From positions 1 through 28,117 of IMG/VR virus record IMGVR_UViG_3300023223_001032: DNA of 28,117 nucleotides; one strand, 5' to 3'. Source of the stretch: a virus (lineage: Duplodnaviria; Caudoviricetes). The notes under the pieces are model-generated. The model saw only the letters and a program-made list of their open reading frames with translations. It was not told the DNA's origin and ran no database searches. The position numbers and the translations under genes are program-made. Shown piece by piece: positions 1-8,448 of the stretch (within the stretch, counting starts at the first letter, position 1; each line of letters starts with the position of its first letter).

Positions 1-324
1 GGGGAAGTAGAACAGTTGATTGACCAAGTTATTCAATATCGACAAATAAATGAAGAAGTGCTTAATCCAGCAGGGTTAAAGCGAACTATGCTTGAAGGAT
101 ATGGGAGGTGCCCTAAAATGGAAGTCGAAGGCTGGGTGCGTTATATAGGCATAAAAAAAAAGAAAATTTATGAAAAAGAGCAATCAGAAAAAGAAATTCT
201 TGAACTCAATAAAAATATTTCTATGGAAAATATGAAAAATATGGAAAATTACAAAAAAGAAAATACTGACGAGTTGAGCAAAAAACAAAGATTTGAACAA
301 GCGATAAAAGAGGTGCATAATTAA
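1..324 (+). CDS. Hypothetical protein, probably 5'-truncated by the window edge
   Basis: Frame is open from base 1 (GGG GAA GTA GAA CAG TTG...), so the TTG at 16 is probably internal; charged helical C-terminus. Confidence 0.6.
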   Translation, partial: GEVEQLIDQVIQYRQINEEVLNPAGLKRTMLEGYGRCPKMEVEGWVRYIGIKKKKIYEKEQSEKEILELNKNISMENMKNMENYKKENTDELSKKQRFEQAIKEVHN

Positions 325-327
325 AGC

Positions 328-600
328 ATGCATGAAAAAGAAATTGAGTTTTGTGAAAAAATTAAGAATGCTTTGGCAGGTAGTATGGGTGAGACTGATG
401 CAATTGACTTGGGCTACGAGCAAGCAATTGACTGCCTAAAATCAACAGTCATTAAGCTCAAAGATACCGACTCAGCTAAAATACTCGAAAAAGAAATAAG
501 TACGCTAACTGGTATGCTCAATGAAAAGAAAAGTCACGGAGAAAAAGTTAAAAAGGCAATGTTTCTAGTAGACGAAGTTAAAACATGTCTGGAAGGTTAA
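328..600 (+). CDS. Hypothetical protein (90 aa)
   Basis: GAGG upstream at ~310; packed tightly between neighbours. Confidence 0.7.
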   Translation: MHEKEIEFCEKIKNALAGSMGETDAIDLGYEQAIDCLKSTVIKLKDTDSAKILEKEISTLTGMLNEKKSHGEKVKKAMFLVDEVKTCLEG

Positions 601-1064
601 ATAGACCTAAGCAAACAACTAATCGAAAATCGGTTGTCTTTGATGACACCATCCCGCCGGGACAGACCGATTTAGAGACCAACTCCATTGGATTAGAATC
701 CGATGAGAACGCGATCAGGTCGCAAATAAGCCGCATATTGGATGCCACTGGCATAACGAGGTGGTATAGCGACATAATCACCGTTAACGGCAAGAAAAGA
801 GCCCTCCTACAATTGAATGAAGATTTGGATGCTATTGAGCGAATTACAGAGAAGATAGATCCGTTTGTACCGACAACGGGACAGACTATATTTACACTTT
901 CAGAGATACCTATTGACCCAAACCAGCCAAAAGTAAATCTCAACGGCCAGAAACTAAATGTTGGTCAAAATGTTTTCTTCAGTGGTACAGTAATGACAGT
1001 AAGTTTGCCGTATTCACTTGGTGAAAAGTTTAAGATTTTTGTAGAATATAACTTTTTAAGTTAG
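585..1064 (+). CDS. Putative virion-associated protein with C-terminal small beta module
   Basis: C-terminal GQTIFTL...VNLNGQ...SGTVMTV...VEY pattern resembles small beta modules of phage structural proteins; similar modules at 1074-1781 and 4734-5324. Confidence 0.55.
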   Translation: MSGRLNRPKQTTNRKSVVFDDTIPPGQTDLETNSIGLESDENAIRSQISRILDATGITRWYSDIITVNGKKRALLQLNEDLDAIERITEKIDPFVPTTGQTIFTLSEIPIDPNQPKVNLNGQKLNVGQNVFFSGTVMTVSLPYSLGEKFKIFVEYNFLS

Positions 1065-1073
1065 GAGCCTAAA

Positions 1074-1781
1074 ATGACGATTAATCCAGAATTATTGCAA
1101 GCAGAACAGATCGAAAGATATTTTTACTTGCCACTTGGTGCTTTAAGTTTTGCCGCAACTGGCACGAGTGATATTGTTACATCAGAATTAACTGCGCTTG
1201 CTTCTGGAAATGTGCCGCCTGTCCCTTTGCAGGTATCAACAGCTAAAGATGTACAAGGGTTTGTTACTAGTCCGCCATTTAATAAATGTTTACTTCAAGA
1301 TTCAACGACAAAACAGGCTTTTGATGATGGGTTTGGAAATGAGGTGTTTGGTCGAATAACAGAAGCTACGGCTGTTTTCACTCTTAGTTTTTTTGCAATT
1401 GTAAGTGGTACAGAAAGCTCTGTTGATATCGGCAGTCGAACAATTGATTTTTTTCCGATTTACAACTTTGGGTTCTCATTTTTTGCTAACGAAGCTTTTA
1501 TCAGGACTAATGCGCGAATTGTAGGTGATGATCCAACAGATAAAGGCGGCTTTACGCGACGTGACACATTGGCTGTTACTGCAACTAATACGATTGCTGA
1601 TTTACCAAAAACGCCAATTACAGGAACAGTTAGGTTATATGTAAATCCAGGTGGTCCCTACACTGAAGGCGTCTCATTTTCGATATCCGGTAAAGCGGTA
1701 ACATGGATACCCGCAAATGCCGGCTTTGATATTAGGACGACTTATACGGTTAAAGCAGTTTACAATACGTTTGAAAGCTAA
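1074..1781 (+). CDS. Putative virion structural/decoration protein
   Basis: AGGAG RBS at 1063-1067; Thr/Gly/Phe-rich, beta-type composition; C-terminal module similar to the preceding gene. Confidence 0.6.
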   Translation: MTINPELLQAEQIERYFYLPLGALSFAATGTSDIVTSELTALASGNVPPVPLQVSTAKDVQGFVTSPPFNKCLLQDSTTKQAFDDGFGNEVFGRITEATAVFTLSFFAIVSGTESSVDIGSRTIDFFPIYNFGFSFFANEAFIRTNARIVGDDPTDKGGFTRRDTLAVTATNTIADLPKTPITGTVRLYVNPGGPYTEGVSFSISGKAVTWIPANAGFDIRTTYTVKAVYNTFES

Positions 1782-2056
1782 TGCTTGAAAGGCTTGAACA
1801 GGATCAAATTGAGCAGTTTGAGAATTCGTTTGTTGAACCAACAAGAGCCAATGGTTTAATTACGATTGTTACAACTTGGACCAATAGTGGCAAAACTATC
1901 AGGATTAGAGAAAATAAGGTCACTAGAGCCAATGGTCTAATTACTCAGATAGTTAATCGATTATTCGATGTGGGTGGAACATTAAAAGAAACGCAAACAC
2001 AGACAATAGTTAGAGCAGGTGGACTTGTTCAGGACATCACAAAGGTAATTTCATGA
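1781..2056 (+). CDS. Small beta-repeat protein (three RAxGLI/V repeats), putative structural
   Basis: TAATG coupling; TRANGLIT x2 and VRAGGLVQ; DNA repeat AGAGCCAATGGTyTAATTAC. Confidence 0.65.
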   Translation: MLERLEQDQIEQFENSFVEPTRANGLITIVTTWTNSGKTIRIRENKVTRANGLITQIVNRLFDVGGTLKETQTQTIVRAGGLVQDITKVIS

Positions 2057-3951
2057 CAAATGATTTTGTTTTTGGTGAATCAAATATTGTTGGCGAATCA
2101 AAAAAAGACAACATAACAAGACCCGCAGAGGTAACTGATGAAGATAAATTAGCCGTTGATTCAAGGGTAGCTAAAGAGTTTGCTGTTATTGATTCATTGG
2201 GAAGACCCAAGGTGTCTAACGAACGCTTGATTGAGCGGTTTGAATTTTCACAATCAACGATACAAATAGGATTTACTGAAACCCAAGTAGGTTCGGGGTT
2301 AATAACATTTCCAGGTGAAGCGGGCATGTTATTACAATCTGGCGCTGCGACTTCTAGCTCAATTATAATCCAAAAAATAACACCAATAAAACAACCTATA
2401 CTAGAGGGAATAATAACAAGAATTCCAATTCAATTTGGGACAGTAGGTGATGCCGGTAATGTAAGATCATTTGGTTTAAATGATAGCGTTGATGGCTGGA
2501 TGATTCGATTGAATGGAACCTCACTTGAATTTGTACAGCTTAAAGGAAGTGTAGAAACGATAACTTTGGCATCAAACTGGAATATCCCAGTCGTTATTGA
2601 TCAAAATATACATGTATGGACCATACAACAAAAATCAGCCGCAGCAGGCGATTATGATATCTGGTTCAATGAAAACACATTGGTTCTTGTAATAAGAACA
2701 TCAGGCACAGCGGCGGTATCCTCATCAAATAAAGCAGACTTACCTTTACGATTTGAAAATATAAACACAACTTCCTCAACAAATCACACCCTTTTTTCAC
2801 CAGCAGCCACAATAAATGCAGAGGGGCAACAAGCGGTTCGTATTGTTGATTCTGAAAATAGAGGGCTAACAATAAACCCTCAAAGAAGGGTAAATGCACA
2901 AGTTACTTTCGGATTCCTTTTTGAAACTAAATTTGACAAAACTCTTGACGAGGTAAATCTATGGGATGTAACAGAAATTGGGGGTGCCTCATTTAACCAA
3001 CCTGCAAACTCATATGAAGTAGAATTGATAACTACCACTGGGGCTACAGATGATGTAGAGCTTACATGTAAATTAACAGGACTAGAAGAAGGAACCGGTG
3101 AATTTTCAGTGTTTGAAGTTGATCTCTCATTTGGAAGTAATAACCCCATAAATCACATTAAAGAATGGGGATATCGAGATAGCGCTAAATCAAATGGGGT
3201 TTTCTTTAGATTGGAAGATGACGACTTTAAATTTGTTACATTAAAAGGCGGAGTAGAAAGCGTAACGGAATTAACAAATGCAAAGCCTAACGCTGATTTT
3301 CATAGTTTTAGAATAGAACATCTGGGTGCGGATACAATTTCAGGAACTATAATCGATGAGGAGGGATTGGTTGTTGATTTCGTAACAGCAGAAATCTCAC
3401 GAGTTGGCTCAGCTGAAAAACAGCCATTTTTGCGTTCAAGAAATACTGCTGCGCCCGCAACAACGCCATCTAATATGAAAGCGCATTGGATAAGGCTTCT
3501 TGATAATTCAGGAACATCCTTCACTTTACGTGGTAAAGATGGGAACGGAATATCAAGAGACGTAGCTGTAAACGCGAATAGAAGCTTATTGGTGACTGCC
3601 ATAGCAGGAGATGTGGACTCACGAGTCAATTTATTTTTTAGAGGGGATGTAACGAGTCATCCAACTGTTCTAGTAACCTTCACAGTTCCAACTGGAATGG
3701 AATTAGATATCAATGACTGGCATTTAGCAACAGAAAACGCAATAACAACGACACAACTAAGAATCGACACCACTGAAAAAGATGCTATACGATTCACAAA
3801 CTCAGCAAATACAAATAGAACAGCTGCTAGTTTTGGGGCAGGCGGGGCAATCATAGCTCTTGCCGCAGAAGTTGTTGAAGTGAGAACATTAAGTGGAGAC
3901 ACCGGAAAAGAATTTATCGCAGGGCTTAACGGAACTTTGAGAGTCATATAA
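2053..3951 (+). CDS. Putative receptor-binding/fibre-like protein with two tandem lectin-like beta-sandwich domains
   Basis: ATGA coupling; internal duplication (FGLNDSVDGWMIRL...FVQLKGSVET vs WGYRDSAKSNGVFFRL...FVTLKGGVES); the fold call is inference. Confidence 0.55.
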   Translation: MTNDFVFGESNIVGESKKDNITRPAEVTDEDKLAVDSRVAKEFAVIDSLGRPKVSNERLIERFEFSQSTIQIGFTETQVGSGLITFPGEAGMLLQSGAATSSSIIIQKITPIKQPILEGIITRIPIQFGTVGDAGNVRSFGLNDSVDGWMIRLNGTSLEFVQLKGSVETITLASNWNIPVVIDQNIHVWTIQQKSAAAGDYDIWFNENTLVLVIRTSGTAAVSSSNKADLPLRFENINTTSSTNHTLFSPAATINAEGQQAVRIVDSENRGLTINPQRRVNAQVTFGFLFETKFDKTLDEVNLWDVTEIGGASFNQPANSYEVELITTTGATDDVELTCKLTGLEEGTGEFSVFEVDLSFGSNNPINHIKEWGYRDSAKSNGVFFRLEDDDFKFVTLKGGVESVTELTNAKPNADFHSFRIEHLGADTISGTIIDEEGLVVDFVTAEISRVGSAEKQPFLRSRNTAAPATTPSNMKAHWIRLLDNSGTSFTLRGKDGNGISRDVAVNANRSLLVTAIAGDVDSRVNLFFRGDVTSHPTVLVTFTVPTGMELDINDWHLATENAITTTQLRIDTTEKDAIRFTNSANTNRTAASFGAGGAIIALAAEVVEVRTLSGDTGKEFIAGLNGTLRVI

Positions 3952-4571
3952 TGGAAATATTAATTTGGTCTGAAATTAAAGACATAATCACAAGATACAA
4001 CTTAAAACATGGTCGCGATTGGCTTTATACAGAATCAACAGGCTTGTATAAAATTTTTGCAAAAAACTGTATCGAATTTATTTGCAATATGGATAGAGAC
4101 GGATCAGCTGATGTAACCGATTTCGAAACCAATTTTAAAACCGACAATATTAGACCTAGTAGACCACGTACAAACTCTTCACCAAGACCAAAAGGAACCA
4201 CTACTTACTTCCCCGGCATAGGTGATAACTCAGTTAATCTACAATTTGATTTGACAACTTCAGATGCAAATATCGTAAAAATATTGACGTTTACTGAAGA
4301 TATTTACCTTAAAGATGCGCTGATAATTACGAAAAATGCCCCCATAGAATCTTATATAGAAATAAAAATTGTTGACCCAGGCGTTGGCGATAAAGAGTTC
4401 TTTTTAAAAAACTATAATCTACTCGGAAACCACCCATACATCATAAATTCTGAGGATGATTTAATTATGGAAACAGGACTTGAATTGCATGTTACCGTGT
4501 TTAACGCCACGCCTAAACAAGCATTTAAAGTCGTAGGCAACCTCGAAATGTATAGGCAAACAACCATTTAA
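3951..4571 (+). CDS. Hypothetical protein, beta-rich C-terminal domain
   Basis: TAATG coupling to the upstream gene; 206 aa. Confidence 0.75.
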   Translation: MEILIWSEIKDIITRYNLKHGRDWLYTESTGLYKIFAKNCIEFICNMDRDGSADVTDFETNFKTDNIRPSRPRTNSSPRPKGTTTYFPGIGDNSVNLQFDLTTSDANIVKILTFTEDIYLKDALIITKNAPIESYIEIKIVDPGVGDKEFFLKNYNLLGNHPYIINSEDDLIMETGLELHVTVFNATPKQAFKVVGNLEMYRQTTI

Positions 4572-4572
4572 T

Positions 4573-4731
4573 ATGAACAAATCAATAAAAAAAGCTTGGC
4601 CCTACATACCAACCGGAATAAATCATATCAAACCACACTCCCCGTGTAGTAACGATTGTGAATGTAAAGAATTTGAACCCAATGAAGAATTTTTTAAAAA
4701 ATTTAAAATCGCACATGATATGCTAAAATAA
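4573..4731 (+). CDS. Small His/Cys protein (52 aa), not in ORF track
   Basis: Manual translation MNKSIKKAWPYIPTGINHIKPHSPCSNDCECKEFEP...; fills the gap between two genes. Confidence 0.5.
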   Translation: MNKSIKKAWPYIPTGINHIKPHSPCSNDCECKEFEPNEEFFKKFKIAHDMLK

Positions 4732-4733
4732 TA

Positions 4734-5324
4734 ATGGCAACCATACCCGAAGATTTAACATCACAAGTAGATGGCATAGCGACGTCATTTACCACTGTTA
4801 ATGACATTTCTAATGGGGTCTTAGTCACATCAAACGGGCTTGAGATGAATGTCGGCAACATAACCATAGACAATGCAAATCAATTCACAGTAACTGGATT
4901 CACACTAGTTGTTGGCGATACGCTAACTGTTTTTATCAACCCCGTTATTTTCAATATCACATCTCAAGTTGATGGAATTAAGACATTGTTCCAAAAAGAT
5001 GTCTCAGACACCCTACAAGGCGAATTTATCGCAATAGTTAATGGATTGGTGCTCTTGCAAGAAACAACGACCGTAGACGACGATTCCTTCAACCTTCCAT
5101 TCGCGCCTCAGATCGGAGACGAGCTGGAATACTTTAGGGTAATAGAGAAAACCATTATCTCACTACCACTTGATGGTGAGATAAAAGCAATAAAAATAGC
5201 GGGCTCAATTGGCACCAATAAATTAAATGGATCAATTAAGACCGTGAGGTTATCTGGGGCTATGACTCAAAACGCATTAGATGGTAAAATTAAAACCACA
5301 ATGCTAACAGGAGAACTTGATTGA
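4734..5324 (+). CDS. Putative virion protein with two tandem TSQVDG beta modules
   Basis: Two repeats (L/I)TSQVDGIxTxF...NGL...F...GDxL; C-terminal short repeats (LDGEIK/LNGSIK/LDGKIK). Confidence 0.7.
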   Translation: MATIPEDLTSQVDGIATSFTTVNDISNGVLVTSNGLEMNVGNITIDNANQFTVTGFTLVVGDTLTVFINPVIFNITSQVDGIKTLFQKDVSDTLQGEFIAIVNGLVLLQETTTVDDDSFNLPFAPQIGDELEYFRVIEKTIISLPLDGEIKAIKIAGSIGTNKLNGSIKTVRLSGAMTQNALDGKIKTTMLTGELD

Positions 5325-5443
5325 CTTTTAATACAACTGTATCAGATGAGGATTTAACAATATCTCAAATTGCATTACTGGATGATTTAATAATATCTCT
5401 CACATCAGATGAAGACGAATGTGATTCTGAGGAAACGTTTTGA
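5321..5443 (+). CDS. Small acidic protein (40 aa), not in ORF track
   Basis: TTG start overlaps the upstream stop (TTGA), AGGAGA RBS at 5309-5314, and its stop overlaps the next TTG start (TTGA at 5440-5443). Confidence 0.6.
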   Translation: MTFNTTVSDEDLTISQIALLDDLIISLTSDEDECDSEETF

Positions 5444-5832
5444 CTTGTAACGCAGAAACATTCTTTGAAATATTTGCGGGCGACAATCAACCAATACCTA
5501 TTACGATTACACAGGACGGCAAACGAGTTCCTAGTATTCAATCAGAAACAACAGAGATTACATTTCAGGCTAAGGATTCATCAGGGGCCAATGTTATTGA
5601 CCTAACTAAAACAGGTGGGAAAATAACGCTATCTGTTGAACTAGATGCCAATGGCGATGACTCAGATGTAGCTACTTTAGTCCCAGCAATATCGGATACT
5701 GATATCACCCCAGACATTTATGATATCTTCATGAGAATAGACCGAACAGGTGGGAAACAAGACCATATTGAGATGTCAAAAGATGGTGTCATTGTCACTC
5801 AAATAAAGATCAAAAAATCAGGAATAACTTAA
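5440..5832 (+). CDS. Ig-like/BppU-N-like phage structural domain protein
   Basis: GDNQPIPITITQDG...ITFQAKD...LVPAISDT...YDIFM pattern resembles BppU N-terminal-type domains; inference. Confidence 0.5.
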   Translation: MTCNAETFFEIFAGDNQPIPITITQDGKRVPSIQSETTEITFQAKDSSGANVIDLTKTGGKITLSVELDANGDDSDVATLVPAISDTDITPDIYDIFMRIDRTGGKQDHIEMSKDGVIVTQIKIKKSGIT

Positions 5833-5881
5833 ACATGCTCGTTCATAAAAGCATAAAGCAATAATTACTAACATTGAGAGG

Positions 5882-5935
5882 TAAAAACGATGCGATTTAG
5901 ACCCATAATCTTGCCCCTAAATCGCATCGTTTTTA
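5882..5935 (+). terminator. Perfect 19-bp inverted repeat, probable intrinsic (possibly bidirectional) terminator
   Basis: TAAAAACGATGCGATTTAG (5882-5900) / CTAAATCGCATCGTTTTTA (5917-5935), 16-nt loop, T-run downstream; follows the end of the gene cluster. Confidence 0.65.
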
Positions 5936-5948
5936 TTTTTAGATAACA

Positions 5949-5977
5949 TTGAAAAATAAAAATTTTAATGATATAAC
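5949..5977 (+). promoter_or_regulatory. Sigma70-type promoter P1
   Basis: TTGAAA-17 nt-TATAAC with extended -10 TG. Confidence 0.6.
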
Positions 5978-5981
5978 TGTG

Positions 5982-6034
5982 GTGCTGGTAGGCCTGGGAT
6001 CCCAGTTGTAGCAGACCCCAGCTACCGCCAGCAC
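5982..6034 (+). ncRNA. Candidate structured small RNA or 5' leader, unit 1
   Basis: GC-rich stretch in AT-rich DNA; GTGCTGG/CCAGCAC closing stem; starts at the predicted TSS of P1. Confidence 0.35.
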
Positions 6035-6052
6035 ATATAAAATGAAAAAACA

Positions 6053-6081
6053 TTCACAAAAACTAATCGTTAATGTATAAA
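6053..6081 (+). promoter_or_regulatory. Sigma70-type promoter P2
   Basis: TTCACA-17 nt-TATAAA. Confidence 0.5.
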
Positions 6082-6086
6082 TACTA

Positions 6087-6125
6087 TGCTGGCGTGACCA
6101 CTCACCAATCGGTCCCACGCCAGCG
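6087..6125 (+). ncRNA. Candidate structured small RNA or 5' leader, unit 2
   Basis: GCTGGCGTG (6088-6096) / CACGCCAGC (6116-6124) stem extended by ACC/GGT; starts at the predicted TSS of P2. Confidence 0.35.
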
Positions 6126-6179
6126 CATTACTCCATCCTCCCCCAACCTACCCCTTGTTTTGGGTGAGCACCTCTTAAA

Positions 6180-6701
6180 ATGACAACCAAAGAAAACAAA
6201 CCAGAACAAAAACAAACAGATAACAAACCATTAATATGGCAAATTGAATACCGCCGTGTCGATAGCCTCATAGAACATAAGCGTAACCCACGAACAATAA
6301 CTGAGAAGAACTTTAGCACTTTAAAAGACAGAATCCTCTCACAAGGATTCAGAACACCCCCGTCATTAGACAACGACGGTATAATACTCGCAGGACATCA
6401 ACGTATACGTGCGTTAATCGACATAGGCATGGGTTATGTGGAGATACCAGTCAGTGTGCCGCCTATGAAGATCACAAAGGCGCTTGAGAAGGAAATAATC
6501 GCAGCGGACAATATTAGTTGGGGCGATTATGATTTTGAGATGCTTGGCAATGACTATGACCTAGAAGAACTTGAAGGATACGGATTTACGGAGGCTCAAT
6601 TACTTGGAAAATCAGATCCAATTGGTCTCGTAGATGACGAAAATAAAGGTAGTGGCGATCAGTCGAATACATGTCCAGAGTGCGGTTGTGTATTTAAATG
6701 A
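6180..6701 (+). CDS. ParB/Srx N-terminal-like domain protein with C-terminal CPECG zinc ribbon
   Basis: NPRTI...GF..P...D.DGIILAGHQRIRA...ADN motifs; such genes are common upstream of phage terminases. Confidence 0.85.
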   Translation: MTTKENKPEQKQTDNKPLIWQIEYRRVDSLIEHKRNPRTITEKNFSTLKDRILSQGFRTPPSLDNDGIILAGHQRIRALIDIGMGYVEIPVSVPPMKITKALEKEIIAADNISWGDYDFEMLGNDYDLEELEGYGFTEAQLLGKSDPIGLVDDENKGSGDQSNTCPECGCVFK

Positions 6702-7042
6702 GTGAGTTTTATAAAATAACCAAAGGAGTCATAGAGGAAACCGATTTACTAGGATGGGCTGAAAATATGGAATCGGAAGACCGTATAGTTAAACAAACAT
6801 TTTTGGACGGTGGAATAAAGGTATCAACTGTTTTTCTTGGGAAAAATCATAACTGGGAATATAGCGGCCCGCTTTTATTATTTGAGACAATGATTTTCGG
6901 AGGATCAAATGACCAATTTCAAGACAGGTGCACAACCTATAACCAAGCAAAAATGATGCATAAAAGAATAGTTCTGGCTTTGATGTGTTATCACGATTTA
7001 GAAGACTCAGTTGATGAGTCTTACGGGCTATTGAATGATTGA
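6698..7042 (+). CDS. Conserved phage hypothetical protein
   Basis: VSTVFLG..H....PLLFETMIFGG motif recognised from phage accessory proteins; ATGA coupling. Confidence 0.75.
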   Translation: MSEFYKITKGVIEETDLLGWAENMESEDRIVKQTFLDGGIKVSTVFLGKNHNWEYSGPLLLFETMIFGGSNDQFQDRCTTYNQAKMMHKRIVLALMCYHDLEDSVDESYGLLND

Positions 7043-7198
7043 TGCGAATTTTGCGAGCATGAAATAGAAAAGGAATCATTTGCAACGGATTTTTCTGATT
7101 GTTTATGTGAAATGTGTTATTACGGTTGCAGTTGGCGGGGCCCCGTAACCAAAGAAGAATTTAAACAACATCAAATGAAGTACAACACCAATGGCTGA
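7035..7198 (+). pseudogene. Cys-rich small gene lacking an in-frame upstream start (1-nt frameshift or read-through extension)
   Basis: 7043-7198 reads CEFCEHEIEK...DCLCEMCYYGCSW... in frame after the TGA of the upstream gene; ATG ATT at 7035 is one base out of frame. Confidence 0.4.
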
Positions 7199-7218
7199 AC
7201 TAATCCGATCAATAATAT

Positions 7219-7280
7219 ATTATCATTGATAACATATAACACATAATTTCGATATGACATTATATGTTATCAATGATAAT
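7219..7280. repeat. Perfect 21-bp inverted repeat with internally palindromic arms
   Basis: ATTATCATTGATAACATATAA (7219-7239) / TTATATGTTATCAATGATAAT (7260-7280); each arm contains TTATCAnTGATAA. Confidence 0.9.
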
Positions 7281-7313
7281 CTATAGGTATTCTAAAACAA
7301 AGGAGTAATTGAT

Positions 7314-7727
7314 ATGTCAGAAGAAAAAGGATGGGCGATTTTTGGGGTTAGTGTAATTATATTTCTACTAATTTTAGGTATTGGTGGAATGGCCGGATGC
7401 CCAAGGTACAATGTTTGGCAAAAAGAATTATCCGGAAAGGCAGAGCTTAGAAAAGCCGAATGGTCAAGAAAGATTGCAATACAAGAAGCCATGGCAAAAG
7501 AGGAATCTGCAAAATCATTAGCAAACGCAGAAGTAATAAGAGCCGAAGGCGTAGCAAAGGCAAACAAGATAATTGGCAAATCACTTAAAGGAAATGATGG
7601 GTATCTAAGGTATCTTTGGATACAAGCCTTATCAGAGAATAATAGCGATGTTATTTATGTACCAACAGAAGCTAATTTGCCAATTTTAGAAGCCACTCGA
7701 ATGAACAAAAAGAAAAATGCCCCTTAA
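7314..7727 (+). CDS. Membrane-anchored protein resembling the SPFH/band-7 coiled-coil region
   Basis: AAGGAG RBS; N-terminal TM segment; AEVIRAEGVAKANKII...YLRYLWI...VIYVPTEANLPILEA. Confidence 0.7.
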   Translation: MSEEKGWAIFGVSVIIFLLILGIGGMAGCPRYNVWQKELSGKAELRKAEWSRKIAIQEAMAKEESAKSLANAEVIRAEGVAKANKIIGKSLKGNDGYLRYLWIQALSENNSDVIYVPTEANLPILEATRMNKKKNAP

Positions 7728-7887
7728 ATACAACTACGACATCAAAAAGATACAATCACTTGAAAACAAGGGTTTATCAATCAGAGCGATCGCAAGAAAA
7801 TCTGGATGGTGTGAAATTAGTACTCAGCAATGGATCAAGAGAAACTTTAAGCGAGTAGTTACATATTTCAAAAAGGATAAGAAATGA
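7717..7887 (+). CDS. Small helix-turn-helix protein (56 aa), not in ORF track
   Basis: Manual translation ...GLSIRAIARKSGWCEISTQQWIKR...; ATGA overlap with the next gene. Confidence 0.7.
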   Translation: MPLKYNYDIKKIQSLENKGLSIRAIARKSGWCEISTQQWIKRNFKRVVTYFKKDKK

Positions 7888-8093
7888 TTAAGTTAATGCT
7901 TTTGGAAATCATAATACTTTTTTCAATGATTTTGGCAAATGTTTGGATAATTTATAAAACAAGAAAGCATTTAATTGAGCAAGGAAAAATCCAAATTGTA
8001 ATTAATAAAAATTTAACAAAATCCATAAGGCTAATTGTAAATGATCTTTATGGTAAAAATACCGATAAACAAAAAGATGAAAAAAATGTTTGA
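7884..8093 (+). CDS. Small single-pass membrane protein
   Basis: Hydrophobic N-terminal ~24 aa; AAGGA RBS. Confidence 0.6.
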   Translation: MIKLMLLEIIILFSMILANVWIIYKTRKHLIEQGKIQIVINKNLTKSIRLIVNDLYGKNTDKQKDEKNV

Positions 8094-8412
8094 TCCGAAT
8101 ACAACTAAGGGTAAATGGCTTGTAAATTTGAAGTGTTGGAATGAAATACACGTTAAGGAAAATTGTTATCATTGTAATAGTAAAAATATAAGTCGTAAAA
8201 AATGTAAATGCCTTGAAGATTTTGAAGAAAACTATATAGAAATTATTAATGCAATCCCAGAACTATTAGAAGTCTACAAGGCCGCCAAACTCGTCCTCAA
8301 AGCATCTTCTGATTGTAATCTTGATGAGGAGCAGGAAGTTGATCTAGGGGCGGCATGTATTGAGCATCTATTTGACTGTATCAAAAACCTTGAGGAGCGG
8401 CATTTTGATTAG
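8086..8412 (+). CDS. Phage hypothetical protein
   Basis: Start moved to ATG 8086 (short overlap with upstream gene); TKGKW...IINAIPELLE resembles the common phage TPGPW...AAAPELLE family; CxxC insert. Confidence 0.6.
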   Translation: MFDPNTTKGKWLVNLKCWNEIHVKENCYHCNSKNISRKKCKCLEDFEENYIEIINAIPELLEVYKAAKLVLKASSDCNLDEEQEVDLGAACIEHLFDCIKNLEERHFD

Positions 8413-8448
8413 CGATATACTTAACTATTCAGAAGCTTCAAATATAAA

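Noticed and set aside
5982-6125. tRNA or SRP Alu-like identity for the GC hairpins
   Set aside because: Too short for a cloverleaf and no T-loop motif; the similarity to Alu (CCCAGCTAC) is only a short word match
6180-6701. Plasmid-type ParABS partition system
   Set aside because: Only a ParB-N-like domain, with no HTH and no ParA in the window; such genes are routine near terminases
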